The notes beneath the pieces were generated by a model that made no database searches, was not told the DNA's origin, and saw only the letters and a list, made by a program, of their open reading frames with translations. 64,000 bases of DNA from a virus (taxonomy: Duplodnaviria > Heunggongvirae > Uroviricota > Caudoviricetes). The translations under genes were made by a program, and so were the position numbers. Below, piece by piece: positions 9,081 through 18,926 of the stretch. Numbering within the stretch: the first letter of the stretch is position 1; every line of letters begins with the position of its first letter. The stretch is taken from the IMG/VR virus record IMGVR_UViG_3300033075_001761. The stretch is one strand, 5' to 3'.

Positions 9081-9713
9081 ATGAAGTGGTTGGTTTTTGA
9101 GCTCATAGATCGAACAGTAATGGGAATGTACGAATCTGTAGAAGTAAATTTAGGTGCAATCGTGTCTTCTTTGCCTTTGCTCCATATAGAACTTCCTGAT
9201 GGAGTGCTTCCTACAAACTGCGTTTTGACTGGCAACGAAGGTACGTATGAAGTGATTGCAGGAGCTCCATTGCAGGAGCCTGCTGCTATCACACCAGCAG
9301 AGATTGTTGCGGCTTCTGAAGCTGGAAGAAGGAAGGCTCTTTCGAGTGCTAGATACTGTATTGTGACTTCGTTTAACCAAGGACTTACACATGACCAATG
9401 GACTGGTTATGATGAGTCTTTGCCAGGAGACAAAGTCCCTGTTGTAATTCCTGTTAAAAGCAAACTCAGGGAAATTACATTTTCGTGGCCAGAGACTAGT
9501 GTGGATGGAATTTTTCAGCTTTATAAAAACGGAAAAGACATAGCAAACATTGTTTTTTCTCATACTTTTTCAAATTCAGGACCTTCTGTTGTGACTGGAA
9601 TTGAAGTTCAACTAGAGGTTGGAGATCTTATTAGAGGCCGCTGGAAAGACTCAGGGGAAAATCCAACGGATGCGGCAATAACATATGTATTAGAGGTTAT
9701 TGACGATGGCTAA
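9081..9713 (+). CDS. hypothetical protein (tail-fibre module)
   Basis: 210-aa ORF starting 1 nt after the fibre gene stop. Confidence 0.45.
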   Translation: MKWLVFELIDRTVMGMYESVEVNLGAIVSSLPLLHIELPDGVLPTNCVLTGNEGTYEVIAGAPLQEPAAITPAEIVAASEAGRRKALSSARYCIVTSFNQGLTHDQWTGYDESLPGDKVPVVIPVKSKLREITFSWPETSVDGIFQLYKNGKDIANIVFSHTFSNSGPSVVTGIEVQLEVGDLIRGRWKDSGENPTDAAITYVLEVIDDG

Positions 9714-10527
9714 ATTTTTAAAAAACAAAACTGTACTTACAAAAACATATCAGGGAAGATCTTTTGCTCCAGATGTTTTTGTTGAAATACCAGATTCTTC
9801 TATTTACGATTTTGCAAATGATTTAGAAATTTTGGCCGATATCATTGCCGGAAATTGTGCAATGAGTTCGGACGGAAGCACTGAAATTGTTGACAAGAGT
9901 GAACAGATAAATTTCTTAAAAGGAATGGTTCTGTCTGCAAAAGACGCTGATGGAGCTTTGCTAAGTCGCGTCAAAACAACTAAGGCGGGTTGGCACTATG
10001 AGCCTCGCTCTATCAACTTTGTAACTGGAAAACCATCTTCCCATTACAACAGAAGGCATAACGGCGGTTCTATTATGGCCGGAACTGACTATGGCGATGC
10101 CATTTTAAGATTCTGGAATGCTTCTGACATAGAACTTATAAAGGGCGTTGAAGAGAGTGATGTTGATTTTCAAACGAGAGTTGCTTCAGACTGCACAAAA
10201 TCATGTCTTGACTGGCATCCTACATATTCCATGGAGATTGTTGGCGGGATGTTGCAGATCTTTGAGCCGCCTACAACTGACGCATACATGTGGGCAATCA
10301 TCGCTCCCGACATCCCCGAAGCTTACGGTGGAAGCGTCCCTTTCCTTGCTGGCGGGTTCAACCTCAAGTTTTTCAAAAGTGGATCACTTGAGCACTACGA
10401 CGGGCGATCTGCAAAGTTGATCAACCCTGACTTTTTGTACAACTCAAGTAAATTCAGAATTGTCGTTAAGCATGACGTTGGTGTACATATCGGAATTCAG
10501 GTTTATTTCGAGCATTTCAGAGCATAG
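9700..10527 (+). CDS. hypothetical protein (tail-fibre module)
   Basis: 275-aa ORF overlapping the previous by 14 nt. Confidence 0.45.
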   Translation: MTMAKFLKNKTVLTKTYQGRSFAPDVFVEIPDSSIYDFANDLEILADIIAGNCAMSSDGSTEIVDKSEQINFLKGMVLSAKDADGALLSRVKTTKAGWHYEPRSINFVTGKPSSHYNRRHNGGSIMAGTDYGDAILRFWNASDIELIKGVEESDVDFQTRVASDCTKSCLDWHPTYSMEIVGGMLQIFEPPTTDAYMWAIIAPDIPEAYGGSVPFLAGGFNLKFFKSGSLEHYDGRSAKLINPDFLYNSSKFRIVVKHDVGVHIGIQVYFEHFRA

Positions 10528-10535
10528 GTTCATAT

Positions 10536-10694
10536 ATGGAAACAGTCGTTGTAAAAAAAGATGAATATTTAGAGATTTTAAATATTTCAACTCTTGCTAT
10601 AGAGGCTTGTCAGGCGGGAGCTATTGAGGAGCTTTATTTATCTTTGATTCGAGAACATGTTGAGGTTTATTTAAAACTGAAAGGGCAGGAATGA
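10536..10694 (+). CDS. small hypothetical protein (52 aa)
   Basis: Below the ORF-track threshold. Its ATGA overlap with the next small ORF suggests translational coupling. Confidence 0.25.
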   Translation: METVVVKKDEYLEILNISTLAIEACQAGAIEELYLSLIREHVEVYLKLKGQE

Positions 10695-10843
10695 AAGAGT
10701 TTCTAGGAGTTTCTTATAGAGATCTTGGCAAAAACAAATGGGAGCTTGTTTGGCCTTCTGGACTTAAAGCAAGACTGATGGCTAACACTGAAGAAGAAAT
10801 TAAAGCTAAAATCCAAGAGGTTGTATCTATGTTAGAAACATGA
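10691..10843 (+). CDS. small hypothetical protein (50 aa)
   Basis: Below the ORF-track threshold. Start overlaps the previous stop (ATGA). Confidence 0.25.
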   Translation: MKEFLGVSYRDLGKNKWELVWPSGLKARLMANTEEEIKAKIQEVVSMLET

Positions 10844-10858
10844 CTTCTTGGAGGATAT

Positions 10859-11530
10859 ATGAATCTTACGGCTCAGATTATTTCATTTTTCATGGAGTCT
10901 CGGCCTTGGGTTTGGTTATTAAGAAAAGTTATTAGCGTTCTTCATTTCCGTCTTATTGGATATCCTAAATATAAAATAGAAAAGTATTATCAAATAAGAA
11001 ATATTCTTAGAGACAATTTAGATACTAAAAAGATTTATGGTTTTGTATCAAAAGACTCTCAAAGCCTTTCTTATATATTCAATAGAATATTTACCGGAGC
11101 TAAGTGGAGTCATGCTGGCGTTGTTCAGCTTCTTGAAGACGGAGAAGTTGGAATTGTTCATATGCTTGGTAATGGAATGAACTTTGATTATTTAATTGAG
11201 TTATTGAAAGAGTGTGATGAGTTTAAATTGTTAGAACTTCCATTTGATGAAGAAGAACAAAGTACAGCTAAATCAAGGTTAGAAAAGCTCATTACAGTTA
11301 GTAATCAAATTGATTATGACTTTGGATTTTCCATCTCTCATGAAGCCTTAGATTATGTTGAAGGCAAGATCTCGATCAAAAATACAAGCAAGAGGCTTAA
11401 GCTTTATTGCAGTGAATTATGCTGGGTTTTAGGGGTAAAAGAAGGTAACGAATTTGCTCTAAGAAAGATCCAAGGCAAAGAAGTTTTTGAGCCAGATGAT
11501 GTGATCGCAATTTCAAAAGTTATTTTTTAA
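10859..11530 (+). CDS. putative permuted papain-fold peptidase (YiiX/C92-like)
   Basis: SD GGAGGatatATG. His (WSHAGVV) precedes the Cys (YCSELCW), the permuted order seen in YaeF/YiiX-type peptidases. Motif-level only. Confidence 0.4.
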   Translation: MNLTAQIISFFMESRPWVWLLRKVISVLHFRLIGYPKYKIEKYYQIRNILRDNLDTKKIYGFVSKDSQSLSYIFNRIFTGAKWSHAGVVQLLEDGEVGIVHMLGNGMNFDYLIELLKECDEFKLLELPFDEEEQSTAKSRLEKLITVSNQIDYDFGFSISHEALDYVEGKISIKNTSKRLKLYCSELCWVLGVKEGNEFALRKIQGKEVFEPDDVIAISKVIF

Positions 11531-11554
11531 TTTGTTTTTTAATTTTATTTTCTA

Positions 11555-11665
11555 TTCAAGCTTTTAGTTTGAATGGAGTTTCTTTTATTTGACTTTTAGT
11601 TTTTATGGAATTTTTTTAGTTTGATTTTAGTTTTTATGGAATTTTTTTATTTGGATTTTATCTTG
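11555..11665. repeat. tandem ~30-bp direct repeats (TTGA(C)TTTTAGTTTTTATGGAATTTTTTTA), iteron-like
   Basis: Two near-identical copies at 11589-11618 and 11621-11649, plus degenerate flanking copies. AT-rich. Confidence 0.6.
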
Positions 11666-11673
11666 GAAAGAAC

Positions 11674-11820
11674 CCGTCGCTTGACTGGAGAGCCAAATCA
11701 GATAACCTGACAAACCAATCAAGCGACAAGGGGGGGGGAACAATCCTTCTTGAAGCGCACTAACTTCACAAAAGGCTTCAGCAACCCGAAGTTAGAGCGA
11801 CTTCTCCCCCCTTGTCAAGA
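11674..11820. other. nested inverted-repeat (multi-hairpin) element with G9 and C6 tracts. Candidate origin or structured leader
   Basis: Three stem pairs: 11676-11688 with 11715-11727 (GTCGCTTGAYTGG), 11726-11738 (GACAAGGGGGGGG) with 11806-11816, and 11752-11767 with 11788-11804. Confidence 0.5.
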
Positions 11821-11837
11821 AAGACGAGGGATTTTTT

Positions 11838-14258
11838 TTGTTTTTTAAGTTAGAAGACATTCACACAGTAAATCTCTCTAAGCCTCTAAAGAGCATTAAG
11901 CATAAGTTTTTTGATGATATTGGATGCACAAACTATCTTCCGGTCTATCCTTTAAAAAAGCTATATAAAGCAGCAGATATAACTTCCTTTGATCAAATTC
12001 TATTTAGCCTTATTTTGTGGCGTTCTAGAAACAAGCATAAGTGTAGTTTCTACGAGCAATCTGCCAGCACGTTTTCTGGAATTCTTAAAATCGACGTAGC
12101 CACAGTTACAAGGTCTCTACAGAGGCTAAAGCACGTTGGGCTACTGAGAATGGCTGAGAAGCCAGAAAACGCTTCTGCGTTCTTTAAACGGCACTTTTAT
12201 ATACCAAAGTGCATAGAGACTGACGGCAATCCTTTTTTGATCCCCTTAGAGGTATTGAAAGATAAAAACCTCACATGGGATCAAAAACTGATCTACGGAG
12301 AGGTTTGTTACAAATTCGCTATTCAGGAAAGGCATGGCTTTGGGAAGTTCAAAACCATGGAGGGTTTTGTTCCTCTTGGAAAAAAGCGTTTAAAAGCCAG
12401 GATTTCAAGAAGTGAGAATTATTTCTGGAAACGCTGTAAAGAGTTGGAAGAGATGGGCTTGGTTCGGATAGAGAAGAGAATTATCGATAAAACGTTAGTC
12501 TGGTTTTATTCGCTCAATAAATTAGCAGACTCTTATGGGAAGAAAGAATCCTTTCAGGAAATAGAACAAGTCATTTCTGAGTCAATAAAGAGCAAAAGAG
12601 CTAAAAAGTACAAGAGATCTGTCAAAAAGGTCCATGAGGGTTCCTTTGGCCAAGAGACCGAAAAGATAAAGGAAATGGATCGAGAATTATGTTTGTTGTG
12701 TGACATGGAAGAACAGGAAAAAGAAGAAGTTCCTTCTTCTTATTCTTCTTATAGTATTAATAATATTATATCTGAGGAGAATTTTTCATTATTAGAGAAA
12801 GAATTAGATAATGAAATCAACTTAGCTTCGGTAGATTGCGGGAGCTATTTAGAAGAAGAGGATATTCTGAGTGAAAAAGTTCCTTGCGTGAGCTTGCGTG
12901 AGCTTGCGGGAGCAGAGGATATTCTGAGTGAAAAAATAGATCCTTTGCATTGTATTTTAAAGGAAAGTTTTTCAGTTTTAAATAAAGAAGTTGTAATGGA
13001 TCTCGCACCTTCGGTGCTCGATCGAAATGTTTTTGGAGAAAATTCTGTCGGAAAATGTTTAAGGGGATCGGGAACCAATCCCCCTACCCCCTTTCCTATT
13101 GGAGCTTGTTTTTATAGCAATCGAAAGAGAGCACGTTTAGAGGCCCGAGAAGCTCTTAAACTCACGAGGTATAGCCAATCTATAGGGCGCATACGGAACG
13201 TGAGCGTAGGCAAGGCCAAATCAATTCTTTGGGCATGGTTTAAGACTGAGATTGAGCGCAAGGCGATCGTTGGAGAGCGGTTCCATGAAGACGCATTGGG
13301 GATTGAGCAAGCAGAGGCCAAGAAAAAACTGATGCGTAAGTACAAGAAGAGATATGCGCAGATGATAGAAATTGGAGCGAAAGAGATACTTCAGAGTGGT
13401 AAGACGCCATATTTTTCTACACTTGGGATGATTGTTCATACGAACAAAGGGGATTTCATTATGAGTTCAGATTGGAGAGCGAACAAAGAGTTGAATGAGG
13501 CTAAGCGGATAAAGAATAAGGAAGAGCGGAAAGAAAAGACAAAATCAGCGGTGGAGAAAGCCTTGTCCAAAATGCAGGTAGCGGCTGATGTTAAGATGCT
13601 TGGCAATGGTTTTTTCATAAGCACAGTGGAAGAATTTCCAGAAGTGAAGTCTAATCGATTGGACATTTTTGCTAAAGAGATGAAGAAGTCCAAATTCAAA
13701 GATAAAACAAAGAACCACAAAATTGATAACGAATCGAGACAAGAAGGCGAAAGTCATAACGAGTGGTTGTTGAGGATTTCTAAGCGAAAAGCCATTGTTG
13801 CGTATGAGAAATTCTTCTTGGAAGGCGGACCTAGCAATGTGGACAAATCGGATTTGGCTGTTCTTGACAACGCACTTTCTCAGTTGATACAGGAGAAAAC
13901 TCTTAAAGATCCCGAATCTGTGGCGCTCTACATTGAAAGAGCCTCTTGTGAATCAGATTTTCGAGAAAAGGTTGGTCTTTGGCAATTGAATCGATGCAAA
14001 AAACAAGATTTTAGGATTCGCCAGATTTTTGGAAATTACAACATAGGGTGTTTTGTGAAATACATAAGAGATTACCTAGATTGGGATATTTCAGACTCCT
14101 CTAAAAAATCTGCTGTTCAGATGGATCGAGAGAATTTAAAGGTCTTTCATGACGACTCACAGGAAGTCATGGATGAGTTGAATCGAAGCTATTTTGAGCG
14201 ACTTAAGAGGTTAAAAGAGGACATGTTGGCAAGGGATCAACAAAATCAGAATGCTTAA
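11838..14258 (+). CDS. large replication-associated protein with winged-helix-like motifs, internal repeats and a K/E-rich coiled coil. Putative initiator or helicase loader
   Basis: 806 aa with a TTG start. Two wHTH-like segments (TVTRSLQRLKHVGLL and KRCKELEEMGLVRIEKR). Sits directly upstream of DnaB and DnaG and downstream of iteron-like repeats. Function is inferred from context. Confidence 0.45.
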   Translation: MFFKLEDIHTVNLSKPLKSIKHKFFDDIGCTNYLPVYPLKKLYKAADITSFDQILFSLILWRSRNKHKCSFYEQSASTFSGILKIDVATVTRSLQRLKHVGLLRMAEKPENASAFFKRHFYIPKCIETDGNPFLIPLEVLKDKNLTWDQKLIYGEVCYKFAIQERHGFGKFKTMEGFVPLGKKRLKARISRSENYFWKRCKELEEMGLVRIEKRIIDKTLVWFYSLNKLADSYGKKESFQEIEQVISESIKSKRAKKYKRSVKKVHEGSFGQETEKIKEMDRELCLLCDMEEQEKEEVPSSYSSYSINNIISEENFSLLEKELDNEINLASVDCGSYLEEEDILSEKVPCVSLRELAGAEDILSEKIDPLHCILKESFSVLNKEVVMDLAPSVLDRNVFGENSVGKCLRGSGTNPPTPFPIGACFYSNRKRARLEAREALKLTRYSQSIGRIRNVSVGKAKSILWAWFKTEIERKAIVGERFHEDALGIEQAEAKKKLMRKYKKRYAQMIEIGAKEILQSGKTPYFSTLGMIVHTNKGDFIMSSDWRANKELNEAKRIKNKEERKEKTKSAVEKALSKMQVAADVKMLGNGFFISTVEEFPEVKSNRLDIFAKEMKKSKFKDKTKNHKIDNESRQEGESHNEWLLRISKRKAIVAYEKFFLEGGPSNVDKSDLAVLDNALSQLIQEKTLKDPESVALYIERASCESDFREKVGLWQLNRCKKQDFRIRQIFGNYNIGCFVKYIRDYLDWDISDSSKKSAVQMDRENLKVFHDDSQEVMDELNRSYFERLKRLKEDMLARDQQNQNA

Positions 14259-14284
14259 AAGGCGAATTTTTAAATGGAGAAGTT

Positions 14285-14836
14285 ATGAGTGTTGATGTTA
14301 GCCTTATAGAGAACGAGAAGAGAGCGCGATGTCTTGTAAGAATGCGAAAGGCAAACATCCCGTCATCTATGGCTGATATGCAATACGACGAAATTTGCGG
14401 TCGATTTTTTCTTGAGACGATTGCTCCAGGCGGGCCGTTGTCGTCAAAAACATTTTTTATGTTTGATATTGAGTCAATAGGAGGGAAGATTCCGATAGGT
14501 CATTTCATGAGATCTATTGCAAGAATTGATGCAAATTTTTGCGGTGTATTTTATGTAAACTTATCCAATGGTTTTGACGTAGATTTTGAAGTCTATGATT
14601 ACTCAGGAAATTATACCGGAAATTTTTCTCATTTCGGCGGTTTTTTATTTTTGGTTTATGAGCACGAACTTACAAAAGAAGAAAGCTGCGAGCTTTTAAA
14701 GATTTTGCTTAGGCGCGTAGAGGGCTGTCAGCCTACAATAATTTTTACAAAAAAAGATTTGTTAAGAAGATTGTCAGAAGCAAATAAAAGTTCTTTTGAA
14801 GAAGTTAAAAAGTCATTTAAATCGGTGGGACTATGA
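14285..14836 (+). CDS. hypothetical protein
   Basis: 183-aa ORF with a GGAG SD. Overlaps the dnaB-like start by 4 nt. Confidence 0.45.
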   Translation: MSVDVSLIENEKRARCLVRMRKANIPSSMADMQYDEICGRFFLETIAPGGPLSSKTFFMFDIESIGGKIPIGHFMRSIARIDANFCGVFYVNLSNGFDVDFEVYDYSGNYTGNFSHFGGFLFLVYEHELTKEESCELLKILLRRVEGCQPTIIFTKKDLLRRLSEANKSSFEEVKKSFKSVGL

Positions 14837-16158
14837 GTAATTTGGATAAAGTTTATTTAAAATCTTTATTATCTATTAGAGATTCTGAAAAATTTCTTAG
14901 CCATCAGATTAATGATTCTTTTCTTTCTTCTGGTTACGATAAAATATACTTATATATTATTGAGTGTTTTAAGAAATATGGAAGCATTGCTGATGTAGGT
15001 CATATCGAAGAATATTTTAGTGTAGACCTAAAATCTAGCCCTACAGTTTCTATTGAGCAGGCAAAGAATCTTATAAGGGCAAGATTTGGTTTTGATTTAG
15101 TGAATGAGAATTTTAAAAAAATAAATGAGTCTTTTCAAAGCAGCACTGAAAAAGATATTGATCGATATCTAAAAGATATGATTTCTGTTGTGTTTGACGC
15201 AGAGAAAAAAGCTACAGCAGGAGTTTCTTCTTATTATAATTTATTTGATATGAAGAATTATAGCCAGGAGGTTCTTACATCTGGAAAGCCAAGTCAAAAG
15301 AGTATTGACACTCCGTTTCCGAGCTTGACTGAGCGCATGGGAGGAATGAAGCCAGGAGATCTTATTACATTAGCTGCACGAGCGGGCATAGGTAAGACAT
15401 TCATGCTTCTTCAGTTTATGATTCATGCGGCAAACCAGGGCAAGAAGTGTTTGTTGATCACAACAGAGATGAGTTTGGATCAGATTAAGAATAGGTTTAT
15501 TTCTTTGTATGGAGAGATAAAAGTAGGAAAGCCTCCAAAAAACCAATTGAGCTTGGAAGACTTTTCTAGGTTTATGGAAAAGGTTAAGGAAGCGAGAGAA
15601 GGCTCTGAGATTGGAGTGATTGATAGTGGATTTTCAATGACAGTAGAAGACATTGAAATCGATATTTTGAAAAACAAGCCGGATTTTCTTTGTATTGACG
15701 GATTTTATATTTTGAGAACAAAGAATACACATAGAGATAAGTTTAACAGAATTGCAGAAATCATGGACACAATAAAAGGATATGCGCTTAAATATAACAT
15801 ACCGATTCTTGTTACCTCACAATTAAACAGAGGAACTGGAGAATCTGTGAGCTATGGAAAATCGAAGCCAAAAACTCCTCAGATTGGCGGGTTGGAGAGA
15901 TTGGCATTTTCTGACAACATAGCAATGGTTTCTGATTATGTATTTTTTATGGATCATCCTATGACATCTGAGAGACAGTCTATAACTGATGTGATGACGC
16001 TTGCGCCAAGGAAGATGAGACAGGTATTCACGCAGAATGGATTTTCTGACATACATATTAAGTGGGATATACATAACATTGTGTTTAAGGAAGATCTTTT
16101 TTGGGAGCATCCAGACAAGGTGAAAGAGATCGAGAAGGCAACAAACTGGCTGAAGTGA
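14833..16158 (+). CDS. dnaB: DnaB-family replicative DNA helicase
   Basis: GDLITLAARAGIGKTFMLLQF (Walker A in the DnaB C-terminal RecA-like domain), Walker B-like FLCIDGFYIL, and an N-terminal helical domain. Confidence 0.7.
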   Translation: MSNLDKVYLKSLLSIRDSEKFLSHQINDSFLSSGYDKIYLYIIECFKKYGSIADVGHIEEYFSVDLKSSPTVSIEQAKNLIRARFGFDLVNENFKKINESFQSSTEKDIDRYLKDMISVVFDAEKKATAGVSSYYNLFDMKNYSQEVLTSGKPSQKSIDTPFPSLTERMGGMKPGDLITLAARAGIGKTFMLLQFMIHAANQGKKCLLITTEMSLDQIKNRFISLYGEIKVGKPPKNQLSLEDFSRFMEKVKEAREGSEIGVIDSGFSMTVEDIEIDILKNKPDFLCIDGFYILRTKNTHRDKFNRIAEIMDTIKGYALKYNIPILVTSQLNRGTGESVSYGKSKPKTPQIGGLERLAFSDNIAMVSDYVFFMDHPMTSERQSITDVMTLAPRKMRQVFTQNGFSDIHIKWDIHNIVFKEDLFWEHPDKVKEIEKATNWLK

Positions 16159-16168
16159 TTGAGTATGG

Positions 16169-17116
16169 ATGGAATATTCGGTTGATGTAGAAGAAATTTT
16201 AACAAAAATGGGTGTGTCCAAGATTGCAAGATCTGGGCACAACATAAATTCTACTTGTCCGTTCTTTTTTAAACACTCCGATGGGAAAGACTCCCATCCA
16301 TCATTTTCTGTTGAAGCAAATCCTCCGTATAGGGCGATATGCGGAGGATGTGGAACCAAGGGAACAATCATTTCTTTATGCCATCAGTATTTTCAAGAGA
16401 CTGGTGTATCAATACTAGAGAAAAAAAACTCTGATTTTAATAAACTAGAATGGAAGTCTAGAGTAAAATTTTTTAATAAAAATGATGCAAATTTTATTGG
16501 TCATTTAATGTTTAATTTTGATGACTATAAGAAATACTGTAGGCAGTTGCCTCAATATGCAATTGACAGAGGGATTACGGTTTCTCAGGCCAAGAGATGG
16601 AATCTTGGGTTTAATCCAGAGACAAAAAGGTTGTTTATACCAGTGTTCAGTAAGACTGGAGCTTTTGTAGGATATTCAGAGAGAGATGTGACTGGGTTTT
16701 CTTCACCAAAGTACAAGCATGCAAAAGGATTTAAGAGAAATCTTTATTTGTATGGAGAGCATTTTTTGGACAAGTCGAGCCCTATTTGTTTTTTGAGTGA
16801 AGGATTTTTTGATGTGTATAGCCTAGAGAGGGCAGGGCTAACAAATTGTTTTGCATCCATGGGTACGGTTCCATCTAAGGACCAGGTTAACTTTTTATGC
16901 CAGTTTGAGTATATTGTGATTTTTCCGCACCAAGATAAGGCGCAGGCTGATGGAACTAGACCTGGTGTCCGTATGGCCGAAGCGTTTAAGACAGAGCTAG
17001 AAAACAGGTATAAAACAGTTTTGTTGGCACCTTTTGTGGGCGGCTATAAAGACGTTGGTGATTGGCCGATCGAGAGTGTTCATAAAGTTGTTGAGGAACT
17101 TTTGAAAGATATTTGA
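16169..17116 (+). CDS. dnaG: DnaG-type DNA primase (zinc-binding domain plus Toprim)
   Basis: CHC2 zinc finger CPFFFKHSDGKDSHPSFSV...CGGCGTKG. Toprim FLSEGFFDVYSL...ASMGT. Confidence 0.65.
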   Translation: MEYSVDVEEILTKMGVSKIARSGHNINSTCPFFFKHSDGKDSHPSFSVEANPPYRAICGGCGTKGTIISLCHQYFQETGVSILEKKNSDFNKLEWKSRVKFFNKNDANFIGHLMFNFDDYKKYCRQLPQYAIDRGITVSQAKRWNLGFNPETKRLFIPVFSKTGAFVGYSERDVTGFSSPKYKHAKGFKRNLYLYGEHFLDKSSPICFLSEGFFDVYSLERAGLTNCFASMGTVPSKDQVNFLCQFEYIVIFPHQDKAQADGTRPGVRMAEAFKTELENRYKTVLLAPFVGGYKDVGDWPIESVHKVVEELLKDI

Positions 17117-17796
17117 ATTTAGTTTACTGTTCGCCAAATTTAAAATTCAAGGCGGATGCAATGATATTCAGCGTTCCAGCAGACAAGATGACACCAGAAG
17201 AAAGAAAAAAAAGAAACGAACAGCTATATAAAAAGGCTGAAAAGAAGCTTCAAGAAAAAGGCTTTCCGGTCTATGGGGTTTTGGAGCCAGAGCTTTTGCA
17301 AATGAAAGTGGATATGAAGTCTCTTATCCAAAGCAACAACAGTATTGCCCAGGCCGTGAATGATCTTCAGAAGAAATTTATGGATTTAGAGCAAACCATT
17401 GGACGCATGATCAATGATCATATTGGAGTTGTGGCTTATCTTAAGGAGAAGGATTCTGGAGCGCCAGAGAGGGTGTCCCTTCATGCCCAGACTGTAGAGT
17501 TCAATAAGATGAATCTTGTTCCGAAGGAATCTGGGATTGCTGAAGAAGGCGATACGATTTTGATTCGGTTTCAGTTGTTTGATGGCGAGACAATGGTTGA
17601 TGACCAGTCTAAAAACGTTATGGCTTATCAGCTAGGAACGCATGATTTGTCTTGTGAAGACCAGATTGTTGGTATGAAACGAGGCGAGAGCAAAGACATG
17701 GACATTGTGTTTGCCAAGCATCCAAAGCCAGAGCTTATCGAGAAGATTTTGACATTCAGACTTTGGATTGAAGATGTAAGGGTAAAGAAGACGTGA
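17113..17796 (+). CDS. FKBP-type peptidyl-prolyl cis-trans isomerase domain protein
   Basis: C-terminal GDTILIRFQLFDGETMVDDQ...YQLGTHDLSCEDQIVGMKRGESKDMDIVFAKHP matches the FKBP fold consensus. Start is 17113 or 17161. Confidence 0.45.
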   Translation: MNLVYCSPNLKFKADAMIFSVPADKMTPEERKKRNEQLYKKAEKKLQEKGFPVYGVLEPELLQMKVDMKSLIQSNNSIAQAVNDLQKKFMDLEQTIGRMINDHIGVVAYLKEKDSGAPERVSLHAQTVEFNKMNLVPKESGIAEEGDTILIRFQLFDGETMVDDQSKNVMAYQLGTHDLSCEDQIVGMKRGESKDMDIVFAKHPKPELIEKILTFRLWIEDVRVKKT

Positions 17797-18926
17797 ATAT
17801 ACTTTTTCTTGCAAGATGGGTTGATGCAACGTCTTACTTTAGATGCGAACTTCCGGCTAAGTATATATCTTCATATGGCCATGAATGCCGTATGGATTAC
17901 ATTAAGCCGTTAAGCCAAGTAAAAGGAAGCGGGCTTAAAGAACATGATATTCAATGGGCTGATGTAATTATATTTCAAAGGCCAATAGCTACAGATGAAG
18001 TTGAGATTATTGCCGATGTGAAATCTAGGTATCCAGGAAAGCTTTTGGTTGGCGAGTACGATGACAACTATGATGACGTTCCGATTTGGAATCCTGGATA
18101 TACTTACATTGGAGCAAAGAGAGGGCAGTGGTCTGAGGCCCTTAAATATTATGACATGGTGACTGTTTCTACAGAACCGTTGAAAGAATTGATTGTTGAT
18201 AAGCACAAATACAAAGGCCCAGTTAAAGTTATTAAGAATTCAATGGATTTGAATTTGTTTGAGTCTTCGGAGCCAAACTATACACATAAAATAGTTGGGC
18301 CAGATTTGAGTGAAGAATTTAAGGACATAGTGAATTTTGAAATGACTGTAGAGCAGTTTAATAAAATTACAGAGGACAAAATAGTTGTTGGATGGTTTGG
18401 ATCAAGGACTCATTATGGTGACATTGATTTAATTGAGAATGAGCTTTTAGATGTTTTGAAAGATAATGAAGATGTTGTTTTGTTGTTTGTAGGGTTTTTA
18501 AATTGGAGAACTGTGCTTAGTGTTGATTATGGGCGGTTGTTTTATAATCCAGGCGTTTGGCCAGTTCAGAAATATCTTTCCTTTTTGAAAGCTGTGAATA
18601 TCGATGTATCCCTATCTCCAGTAGCTCCAAATGCGTTTAATAGATGCAAAAGTTTTCTTAAGGTTTTAGAAGCTATGGCGGCTGGGTTTATACCAGTGGC
18701 ATCCGAGTTTGATACCTATGAGCACGATATGTTTGAAGGGTTTTATGCTGATTACACTTATGGATCTTGGAGGACTCAGATCAACAAAGCCATTGATGAG
18801 GTTCGCTTTGGAAACAAAAAGAAGTTTGCAGACAAAAACTATGAAATCGTACAAGAATTTTACGATGCAAAAAATATGGTTCGAGAATGGATTTCTTTTT
18901 TTGAAGAAGGATTAAGCAAAAAATGA
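17793..18926 (+). CDS. GT-B fold glycosyltransferase (GT1/GT4-like)
   Basis: C-terminal domain KIVVGWFGSRTHYGDIDL...LKVLEAMAAGFIPVAS matches the GT-B nucleotide-sugar-binding region (EAMA.G.PVVA). Confidence 0.5.
   Translation: MNILFLARWVDATSYFRCELPAKYISSYGHECRMDYIKPLSQVKGSGLKEHDIQWADVIIFQRPIATDEVEIIADVKSRYPGKLLVGEYDDNYDDVPIWNPGYTYIGAKRGQWSEALKYYDMVTVSTEPLKELIVDKHKYKGPVKVIKNSMDLNLFESSEPNYTHKIVGPDLSEEFKDIVNFEMTVEQFNKITEDKIVVGWFGSRTHYGDIDLIENELLDVLKDNEDVVLLFVGFLNWRTVLSVDYGRLFYNPGVWPVQKYLSFLKAVNIDVSLSPVAPNAFNRCKSFLKVLEAMAAGFIPVASEFDTYEHDMFEGFYADYTYGSWRTQINKAIDEVRFGNKKKFADKNYEIVQEFYDAKNMVREWISFFEEGLSKK

Noticed and set aside
8680-9292. Long minus-strand ORFs (123 and 192 aa, Pro- and Ser-rich) antisense to the glycine-rich fibre gene
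   Set aside because: They are artefacts of GGN codon runs in the + strand gene (the complements read CCN/NCC). They have no SD and lie inside a well-supported + strand CDS.
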